Of a stretch of DNA of 64,000 bases, positions 53,926 to 64,000 are shown one piece after another. Source of the stretch: Paraspadella gotoi. Its lineage: Eukaryota > Animalia > Chaetognatha. The stretch covers positions 3,898,301 through 3,962,300 of the forward strand of contig CM119270.1 in assembly GCA_051294375.1 (NCBI GenBank), read 5' to 3'. Both the position numbers and the translations under genes were made by a program. The notes beneath the pieces were generated by a model. The model was not told the origin of the DNA. It did not search any database and was given only the letters and a program-made list of their open reading frames with translations. Within the stretch, counting starts at the first letter, position 1. Every line of letters begins with the position of its first letter.

Positions 53926-54703
53926 GAAAAAGGGAGAGGAAGAGAGGAAAGGAGGGGAGAACGGAGGAGAACGAAGATAGAAGGGAGGAGAACAAAGGGA
54001 GAAAGAAGGAGAATAAGGGGAAGTTGAGACAGGGTTAAAGGAAAGATAAAGAGAGAAGAAAATGGCTGACGAAAGAAAAGGATTAAGATAAAAGGGAAAN
54101 NNNNNNNNNNNNNNNNNNNNNNNNNNNNNNNNNNNNNNNNNNNNNNNNNNNNNNNNNNNNNNNNNNNNNNNNNNNNNNNNNNNNNNNNNNNNNNNNNNNN
54201 NNNNNNNNNNNNNNNNNNNNNNNNNNNNNNNNNNNNNNNNNNNNNNNNNNNNNNNNNNNNNNNNNNNNNNNNNNNNNNNNNNNNNNNNNNNNNNNNNNNN
54301 NNNNNNNNNNNNNNNNNNNNNNNNNNNNNNNNNNNNNNNNNNNNNNNNNNNNNNNNNNNNNNNNNNNNNNNNNNNNNNNNNNNNNNNNNNNNNNNNNNNN
54401 NNNNNNNNNNNNNNNNNNNNNNNNNNNNNNNNNNNNNNNNNGATGGCTGAGAGTGACAGAGAGAGTGACAGAGGGTAAGAACAAAATGATAGGGAGTGAA
54501 TCGGAAGATCGGTAACGACAGAGAGTGGTAGAAGAGTGACAGAAAAGTGACAGAAGTGTGACGGAGATTGATAGAGGGTGTAAAATAAGACATGGGGACT
54601 GTGAGAGTCAAGAATGACGGAGTGTTATAGGATGAAAAAGAAAGTCGGGAGTGACGGAAAGTGATAGCGAGTGATAGCGTTAAAAAAATAGGATATGGAG
54701 TGA

Positions 54704-54760
54704 AAAAGATTGACAAAAGATTGACAAAAGATTGACAAAAGATTGACAAAAGATTGACAA
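54704..54760. repeat. 11-bp tandem repeat AAAAGATTGAC, about 5 copies
   Basis: Direct inspection. Confidence 0.85.
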
Positions 54761-54887
54761 GTGAGTTTAGTTCTTGAAAGGGAAGAATGTGAAAGAAAAA
54801 GTTGGTTGAGAAATTAAGGTGACGACAAAGGTGAGTGTGACGCCGACAAAGGGAAAGGATCCGTGGGACTGGGAACTGGAGACGAGG

Positions 54888-54913
54888 GTCACGTGACGAG
54901 AGGATCACGTGAC
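54888..54913. promoter_or_regulatory. Tandem E-box/CLEAR-type motifs (GTCACGTGAC, ATCACGTGAC)
   Basis: Two TCACGTGAC sites 16 bp apart in a CpG-rich patch. Confidence 0.4.
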
Positions 54914-55252
54914 GTGGGACGTCGACGTTCTCCTCCTTTTGTTCTTTTGTTTTTAACAAAATTCGATAAAAACGCGAAATCCAATATTTCAAAAGGCTGA
55001 GGGGAGAGGTGAGGGTGGGGGGGTGGAGGGGGTGGTGAGGTAAGAATCTAAGCCAAAATGGAATAAAAGGTGAGGAACGGGATGGATGAGTGGATTCAAC
55101 GGGTAAGGGAAAAAATGGGAGGAAAAAGAATCGAAAAAAAGTGAGTTTAATTTGATATAAAAATTTGGAATGAATGGAAACAAAAAAAATGAAATGGAAT
55201 TCAAGATAATGGAACGAAATAAAGAAAACCGACGTGAAAATAAATAAAGAAA

Positions 55253-55452
55253 AAAATGAATTGTGATAAAAGTGGAGAAAATGAATTGTGATAAAAGTGG
55301 AAAAAATGAATTGTGATAAAAGTGGAGAAAATGAATTGTGATAAAGTGGAATATTGAGAAGCCAACGTGTGACACTTATATAAAAAATGAATTGTGATAA
55401 AAGTGGAAAATCGAGAAGCCAACATGTGACACTTACATAAAAATGAATTGCA
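55253..55452. repeat. ~24-bp minisatellite with a longer secondary unit
   Basis: AAAATGAATTGTGATAAAAGTGG occurs about 5 times; GAGAAGCCAAC.TGTGACACTTA occurs twice. Confidence 0.85.
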
Positions 55453-56151
55453 ATTTTTTATAAAGTTAAAATATAGAAAAAAACAGAATAAGGGCTTGTA
55501 GTATCTTTTTTATCTCTCTTTTCCTTCCCAACTTAAATATCGACCAAGACTTTAATACTTTCCCTTTTTATTAATAATATTTTTTAAAAATTTTTTTCTT
55601 TTGTTTTTCATGAAAACCGAAAATCGATATTTTTTTGCGTCGTTGTGAAATCGAATACGTTTTCCTCTGAAGAAAAAAAGGGGGAAAAAAGATTAAGTGA
55701 TATGAAAAGAAAGACAGGATAGAAAATAAGATACGCATTGACAAATTGACCCAAAAAAATTGTTAAAAATAAAAACGAGGAAAACATTGGATAGAAATAG
55801 TGGGCCGCGCGATGGAGGAATTTGGATGTGAGATAAAGAATGAAAATGTGGAAAAGGAAAAAACGAACCAGTGAACTTCATGACGAAAAGGATTTTGAAA
55901 TGTGAAAATGAAAAATCGAAGAAATATGAGATTTGAAGACAAAATAGAACAGAGAAGAAAAGAGGGAGAATAGAACAGGAGCGGAATAATAAAAGATGAA
56001 TTGATAAGTTTTGGAAATAAATTGTTTAAAAGATTTAGCGACTATATGTGCAGAAGATAAACTAGGAAGATTAAAAAGTAAATAAAGATAAAACGAAAGA
56101 ATTTTTAAACGTCGCTGCGTGCGGCACCATTACTTTTTTTTGGTTGAAAGA

Positions 56152-56189
<38 letters not shown>

Positions 56190-57175
56190 NNNNNNNNNNN
56201 NNNNNNNNNNNNNNNNNNNNNNNNNNNNNNNNNNNNNNNNNNNNNNNNNNNNNNNNNNNNNNNNNNNNNNNNNNNNNNNNNNNNNNNNNNNNNNNNNNNN
56301 NNNNNNNNNNNNNNNNNNNNNNNNNNNNNNNNNNNNNNNNNNNNNNNNNNNNNNNNNNNNNNNNNNNNNNNNNNNNNNNNNNNNNNNNNNNNNNNNNNNN
56401 NNNNNNNNNNNNNNNNNNNNNNNNNNNNNNNNNNNNNNNNNNNNNNNNNNNNNNNNNNNNNNNNNNNNNNNNNNNNNNNNNNNNNNNNNNNNNNNNNNNN
56501 NNNNNNNNNNNNNNNNNNNNNNNNNNNNNNNNNNNNNNNNNNNNNNNNNNNNNNNNNNNNNNNNNNNNNNNNNNNNNNNNNNNNNNNNNNNNNNNNNNNN
56601 NNNNNNNNNNNNNNNNNNNNNNNNNNNNNNNNNNNNNNNNNNNNNNNNNNNNNNNNNNNNNNNNNNNNNNNNNNNNNNNNNNNNNNNNNNNNNNNNNNNN
56701 NNNNNNNNNNNNNNNNNNNNNNNNNNNNNNNNNNNNNNNNNNNNNNNNNNNNNNNNNNNNNNNNNNNNNNNNNNNNNNNNNNNNNNNNNNNNNNNNNNNN
56801 NNNNNNNNNNNNNNNNNNNNNNNNNNNNNNNNNNNNNNNNNNNNNNNNNNNNNNNNNNNNNNNNNNNNNNNNNNNNNNNNNNNNNNNNNNNNNNNNNNNN
56901 NNNNNNNNNNNNNNNNNNNNNNNNNNNNNNNNNNNNNNNNNNNNNNNNNNNNNNNNNNNNNNNNNNNNNTTTTTGTAAATGGCGCAAGTGCATCATTTTT
57001 ACTTTTTCCTTCGTCTCACTTTGCAATTTGAAATTGAATTATTCATTGCGAATATTCGATTGCGAATTGTCGATTGCGAATAATCTACTCCGTCCTTTCT
57101 ACTAATCGCAAAGGGACTCGACTTTCGGCCGCGAAATTCGCAAAGACAGGATGATTAATCGCAGTTGAGGAAAAA

Positions 57176-57231
57176 GGCCACGCCCATCACACCCCCCCTA
57201 CCCCCCCCCTCGGGACGGTCGCCATGGCGAC
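57176..57231. promoter_or_regulatory. KLF/SP site plus RFX X-box-like palindrome
   Basis: GGCCACGCCC at 57176-57185 and GTCGCCATGGCGAC at 57218-57231. Confidence 0.35.
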
Positions 57232-57908
57232 GAAGATCTCGACTTGGGAATCGAGTCTCATCAAGATGCGACGGAAATAAAAAAAAATTACCCGTTTACA
57301 ACGAATAACAATTTTATAATAATTGCTAGATTATGAACCATTTTAAAATCTTATTACTTAGAGTTATACTATCTTTCTTGCAACAAGGTCCGAGGCGTTG
57401 GATGGTCATTGCTTTACGTGACACTTTATACTTTATGCTAAGCCTTGAGTATAGTTAAGTTCCTCGTGCCATGTGATATTAAAAAGAAACAGAGTCGAAA
57501 GGTTTTCCATTACATTCGGAAGGAAGCGGAAAGCGAGAATCAGTAAATGATAGCAATTTCCCGTTAAATACGAAACACTACTTTCGCTTCCTTTTCACTT
57601 TGTACAGTGTGTTTTCATCGATGTTTCATCGTATTAAACGGCAAAAAAAAAAAGGCTGTTTGATCGCCCTGAAATAAAATATTTTACGAATTTGATTTAA
57701 AAATTAACATTAAAAAAATACTCAATCCAAATAATGATTTTCCGCAACACGAATTTCACATTAAGTGTAAAATAGAGTGACTTACCCTGTGCTTTCCTCA
57801 CTTATTCCAAAGGAGAATTTCCCGGATTTGAAAAAAGTCTTGAGTTCCCTCCTTTTGCGATGCGGCGCATCGGTACATATTCGCCTCTCTTGTTTGTAGT
57901 GTTTAGTT

Positions 57909-58190
57909 GTGAAATTATAACAACCAATATAAAATTAGCGATTAATTCAATAAATAAGATAATTTAATGGAGTGGTCCTTTTATACATATGAGACAGTTT
58001 ATAAAAACAGGGAGGCCAGGTACCTTGAAAGTTAATAAACTAGACTGTAAGATTCATGATTGAAGCTACGTTATCTTCTTGTAAGAGGGATAGAGACCAT
58101 AACCCACCAAAGCCAATCCCTAGTCAGGAGGCAGGATAGCTTATTAATACAATGAATAACAAATCTAAATACTGGTTTCACGAATTTAAT
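57909..58190. mobile_element. MITE family B diverged copy
   Basis: Left end GTGAAATTATAACAACCAATATAAAATT; right arm CCACCAAAGCC...AGTCAGGAGGCAGGATAGCTTATT...CTGGTTTCACGAATTTAAT. Confidence 0.55.
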
Positions 58191-59499
58191 GTATTAATAA
58201 TATCTATATTTATGGCGTCCAAATACGTATAAAAAACGACAGCGCATCGAGCCCTGGTTCCCGTTCTTCCTTCTTTTTTCTTCAAGCAAAGATCCCGGAT
58301 GTAAGTCGATATCCCCTAGCAAAAAAAAAAGCTCGCGGCCGGGTATGTAATTCAATCTTCCTTCTCTCCCCACGCTTTTATCTTCTCCAGCCGGGATTTC
58401 CAATTTTCTGTACTTCTGTCATTTACTTTTTTCTTTCTTTCTTTCTTTCTTTCTTTCTTTCNNNNNNNNNNNNNNNNNNNNNNNNNNNNNNNNNNNNNNN
58501 NNNNNNNNNNNNNNNNNNNNNNNNNNNNNNNNNNNNNNNNNNNNNNNNNNNNNNNNNNNNNNNNNNNNNNNNNNNNNNNNNNNNNNNNNNNNNNNNNNNN
58601 NNNNNNNNNNNNNNNNNNNNNNNNNNNNNNNNNNNNNNNNNNNNNNNNNNNNNNNNNNNNNNNNNNNNNNNNNNNNNNNNNNNNNNNNNNNNNNNNNNNN
58701 NNNNNNNNNNNNNNNNNNNNNNNNNNNNNNNNNNNNNNNNNNNNNNNNNNNNNNNNNNNNNNNNNNNNNNNNNNNNNNNNNNNNNNNNNNNNNNNNNNNN
58801 NNNNNNNNNNNNNNNNNNNNNNNNNNNNNNNNNNNNNNNNNNNNNNNNNNNNNNNNNNNNNNNNNNNNNNNNNNNNNNNNNNNNNNNNNNNNNNNNNNNN
58901 NNNNNNNNNNNNNNNNNNNNNNNNNNNNNNNNNNNNNNNNNNAGTTGATGAAGCAGCAATTAGGAAATTGGTGAAAAAAAGTTAAGATATTCTAGTTCGT
59001 TAGGCTCCTTTTGAGTTGACGACCCGCCATCTCTCTCACTCCCTCTCTTCTCTCTCTCTTCTCTCTAACATACACTCTCTTCTTCTCTCTCTACAAATCA
59101 TCGGCTTCAAATCTCAATTCTCTCTCTCTCTCTCTACTAAAAATTCGTCGCCAACGAAACAGATGGTTTGCGTTTGCCTCATTAGTAAATTCCAAAGTCC
59201 CTTCGTCCTCGTATTCGTCGTCTTCTTCGTCGTCGTCGTCGTCATCGTTGTCGTTTTCGTCGTCGTAGTTTTTTCGTGAAGATGATTAAAAATTAGTTTT
59301 CAACAACAAAAGCGAATAACAACAACAACAAGACAAGCGAAGATTTATTCGATCGAAGAAGTAATGCGTCGTTATCGAATCATCGTCATCGTCATCGTCG
59401 TTGTCGTCGTCGTCTTTTCCGTCCCCTCGTCGACGACGTCAGCTTCTCGCGCCATCTTCCTTTCGATTCGCGCAGTCGAGCGACAGCGACTTTTGAATA

Positions 59500-59867
59500 A
59501 ACGACGTCTAAGACGACGACGATGAAGACGACGTCGAAGATGATGACGACGACGATGACGAGAAAGACAACGATGAAGACGACGATTATGACGACGTCGA
59601 AGATGAAGAGGATGACGAAAACTAAGACGAGGATGATGACGATGACGACGACAAAGATGATGACGAAGATGAAGACGACGATGATGATGATAACGACGAC
59701 GACGATGATGATGACGACGAAGATGAATAGGAAGAGGATGAGGAAGAGGAATATGACAACGAAGACAAAGATGAAGATTACGACGACGACAACGATGATG
59801 ACGAGGAAGACGAAGATGACGACGACAAGTAAGACGAGGCGACAACAACAACAACAACAACAACAAT
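59500..59867. repeat. Degenerate (GAC/GAT/GAA)n array followed by (CAA)n
   Basis: Triplet microsatellite. Confidence 0.9.
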
Positions 59868-61433
59868 CTTGAGTCAGCGAAATTCGGATTAAAGGAAGAA
59901 AAAACAAGAAATTTAATCACAAAATAAGAAAACGAAGAAGACAACGATGAATTCATTGAGACGTCGACCCCAATGAAAACAAAAACAACAATAACAACAA
60001 CAATTAAAACAACGACAACAAAAATAACAACAATGAATAAAACAACAACAACCAAACGTTTTTAGATTCAACGCAATTCTGAGGGAAAAAAAAGCCTAAA
60101 AACTTGTTATCATATTCTAAATAAATCGTCTTCGACGACGACAACGACGACGACGACTGCGACATCTATTCGCCGCTAATCATCGTCTGAAGGAAAAGAA
60201 ACAACAAATAACAAAAAATAAAAACAAACAAAACAAAATGAATTTGGGAAGATTAAGTGACCAAGACGTGCGCAAGTGATCGTCAATTCGACTGCAGCAA
60301 TCGAAACTAGCATTTTGAGAATTGCAACAGAATGACAGATGCAATCTTTGCTTCAGCAAGTCTAAAAATTGCAGCAAAACTTACGCAACCGAGTTAATCC
60401 AGTACGAGGCGCAATCAATATTTTTTTTTCCGCTTCTATACTCGCTTCCTTATCGCCTCGTTTCTTATTCGAAGAGTTTCTCCCCAGTTCTCACCCAAAT
60501 TCACAGACCCGACCCTTCCTCATATATCTCTCACCACCCCTTCATCACAAAAGCAAGAAGAGGAAGAGGAGGCTTGACTTATGGTTCAGTCGTGACTCGT
60601 GAGACTGGATCATCTCGTTCACTCCATTCGTCTGTGACACTGATTCCTACTTCTCACTGATCGTCACCAATCAACGAATTCACACTAANNNNNNNNNNNN
60701 NNNNNNNNNNNNNCTAATCATTACTCCGAATTTCATCGCCTTTCACTTTTTTTCTTTTTCTCAATCACCCTCCAATAATTTCCTTTCCTCCTTTTGTCCT
60801 ACTCCTCCCCTCCTCTCTCCTCTTTCTCTCTCTTCTCTCTTCTTCAACATTTATCTTCTGTTTCTCTTCGCCTTTCACCTCTTTAACCTTTTCTTATCAC
60901 TCCCTTTCACCCTTTCACCCTTTCACCCTTTCACCCTTTCACACTTTTCCTCTAACTCTCCTTGCTCCCTTCTTTCCTCCCTTCTCCCATCCGGAGTCAA
61001 CCGTCTTTTGCCCTCGATCACCCTCACTCAAAAGGAAGAAGGGATAAAAGAAAGAGAGAGAGAGAGGAGAAGAGAGAGAGACGATGAGAGAGAGGAGAGA
61101 GAGATGAGAGAGAGAAACGCGGAGAAGAGGAGGAGAGAGAGAGAGACGAGGAGGAGCGAGAGAGAGGAGATAAGCAAGCGAAGAAACTCTTTGCCGAAAC
61201 AAAAGGACTTCGTCAGCGGATTTTCGTTTTGACTTCGTTCGAAGCAGCGTTGGGGAAGGAGGGGGGTGAGGGGTGTGGTAAGCGTAGGTGAGTAGAAGGC
61301 ATAAAAATATTCCATCTCAATGAAAGTACCATCGTTGCGGTTCACTGAGGGCGTCGTTGCCACTCTTTAAAGGGGGTCCTTACCAGTCTTTTCGCCGCGT
61401 TTTCAAATGTCCGTCATTGTCGCAGGGTTTTTT

Positions 61434-61506
<73 letters not shown>

Positions 61507-64000
61507 TCTCTCTCTCTTCTCCTCTCTCTCTCGAGTTAAATGACTCTCATCTTAAGAGCCTTTCCGATACAATCGTCAATATGCACAAGGCTAAGTTTAA
61601 TATTAATATGATAAAAACTGTGCGTATCTTTTTTTCTAAAAATGTTGTGAAAACGGAAAAGGAAAAGAAGAGAAAATCGCCTAAGGGTCGAGACAGAAAG
61701 TAGAAGAGGAATTAGAAGGGAAAATTAGATAAGAAGATTAGAAGATTAGAAAGAAGAAAAGGAGGATGACTAAAAGTAAAAATAAAGAAAAGAGAAGAAA
61801 AAGAAGCCAAAGTTAAGAATGAGAAAAGTTAGCCAAGACCTATTAAGCATATATGGATGAGCCAGAGATGTGGAAGCGATCGATTTTTCCGCCGCTGCCA
61901 ATCCGGCGCTTCCAAGACCCCTCCCGACACACGATAATATATACGATAGCAATCCTTACTTTTTGCCCGCATCGCTTTCGAGATTTCGGTGCACATCGCT
62001 TCCTTCTTTTAGGAAATTTTACATTTTGTTATTATTTATAAAAAATATTCTTTTAGATATGTAATTCATTGGTAGAATAATTTTAAACAATCTTAACAAG
62101 TAAATTTTACTATGAAAAAATTGTAAGATGTTAAGAAATCGTTGAGTGGAAATAAAATTTTAATTAAAAAAAAAACCTGTTTCATATTGCTTTTTTCTTT
62201 TTTTTAAAATGTAAATACAAGCGCATTAATTATTAATTAATCAATTAATTAATCAATCAATCAATTAACTAATCAACTAATCAATAAAAAATTAATGAAT
62301 CAATTTTTTTATTTATCAATTAATTTAATAATCAATTAATTAACAATCAACTAATTAATAAATTATTTATCAATAAATTATTAAAAGAACCAATTAATTA
62401 ATTAATCAATTAATCAATGAATTAATCAATTAAAACAATGTCCAGTTATTAACATGTCGTCATCTCCAATTTCGTTCTTGCTTTTGTCCTGTCAGGACCT
62501 ACGAAAAAGACCTTAAAAAACTAACAGGCCTGATATGAATTTTCATTTAATTGATCAATCAATTATTCTATTAATCATGACGGTGTTTTCCTGTCTATCA
62601 TTCATTCATGTCGTTCATTTTCTTTTTGTCATAATTATGTAATAAAAAAAACGAAAAAACAAACAAGCAAAAATGATAAAAAAACTACAACTAGTATTTA
62701 CATAGGTAGCCAAATAAGGTGGGTATTGAACAGGTCATTCTTATTGACCACTTTACTGTACCTACGGGTCGTCTTGTCATTGTATTCGTCGTCGTTATCG
62801 TCTTTGTTCAAATCATTTGAGCTGCCAATGTTCGATGTTATTCTTTTAATTAATAAATATGTAATAATTAAATAATTTATTATTTTTCAACTAATTAATT
62901 AATTAATTACCGATAATGATCGTGGGCAGATCCGCATTGTTTGCTCAAACTTATTTATTAATAAATTTTGAATTTATTTTATTTTACAATTATGAATTTT
63001 ATTATTTGCTTTTTTTTTATTCAGTGCAAGAGGGGAAAAAAAGAAAGAAGATAGAGAGACGGTGAGGTGTGTTTAGAGATTATAAGTATGTATAAGCAAA
63101 AATATTATGCAATATTGCCCCAATAAAAACAGATCAATCTTTTTTGGTTCAACTTGTTTGATTTAAAAAAAAAATAACAAAAATATTAAAAAATAAAATT
63201 TTTTAGTTTTATAGAATGTAAAAAATTTTCATTTATATTTTAATTTAACTTAAATTACAGGTTTTTTGCAGATTAGAAAAAAATATTTGTTCAGCTCAGA
63301 TTTTATTTTAATATATTTAAAAAGAATAATTAAAAAAATAAATATGTAATTTTTTCATAGATTCTCGACCCAAAGAGAAGAGGTACAAAGAAAAACTAAA
63401 AAAATAAAAGAAGAGAATAGAAAAAGTGAATAAAAAATAGAAACAAACAATTTTAAATATTGAAAAAAATTTTAATAAGAAAATCAGAAAAACAGGGGTT
63501 GCAAAGATTTTGAATACATATAAATACCTTTCATTTCATAACCAATAAAAAACAAATGACAGGAAGCGAAACACGCAGGGTTATTATAGCTTCCGGGTTC
63601 AATCCTTTATTCTCAATTTATTCTATCGCTCCCGGTTTCGGGTTCTTCAAAAAATCGGCCGCTTCCACAGTGTTCGGCTTACGCTTTCCGGAATCGCGTC
63701 CACATCTCTGGATATGAGGAAAAGTAGTTGGCGAGAGAGTAGAAAATGATAAAAGAAACAAAGAAAAAAAAGACAAGAAAGAAAAGAAAAAAGAAAAAAA
63801 AAAAGAAAGACAAGAAAGAAAAGAAAAGGAAGAGGAAGAGAGAAGAAAGAATAAAAACAAAGGAGAAGGTCAGAAAAGAGAGAAAGAAGAGACAGAAAGA
63901 GAAAGAAGAAGGAAAGGAGAGAAAAGGAAAGATTAAAAAAACAAGGAGAAGGTCAGAGAAGAGAAAGCAGAAACAAAAAAGAAAAGAAAGAAGGAAAGGA

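Noticed and set aside
61868-63670. 20-bp inverted similarity TGTGGAAGCG..CGATTTTT at about 61869 and 63651-63670
   Set aside because: Too short, with no extension or TSD; likely chance.

Overview
Eukaryotic draft scaffold, most likely an invertebrate animal. It is AT-rich, has about 21 N-gaps, and is dominated by (GA/TC)n, (GAC/GTC)n and purine-rich low-complexity tracts. Almost all ORFs in the supplied track are microsatellite or gap artefacts. There are no prokaryotic features, rRNA or CRISPR. Supported content: (1) a near full-length, frameshifted APE-type non-LTR retrotransposon (about 17354-23005, +) with a zinc-knuckle ORF1 and endonuclease+RT ORF2, lying between two (TC)n tracts; (2) a perfect 132-bp inverted repeat (14100-14231 / 14296-14427) around a (GA)n loop, each arm carrying a minimal type I hammerhead-ribozyme motif and AATAAA, as in Penelope-like element pseudo-LTRs; (3) three dispersed non-autonomous DNA-element families: a Helentron/HINE-like family, a short-TIR MITE with telomere-like filling, and a long-TIR MITE; (4) many minisatellites; (5) a few GC-rich candidate exons (best: 6131-6660 minus, and 42752-43018 plus) and candidate promoter motif clusters. 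No gene can be named. Some regions look like noisy long-read gap fills, so indels there may be sequencing errors.
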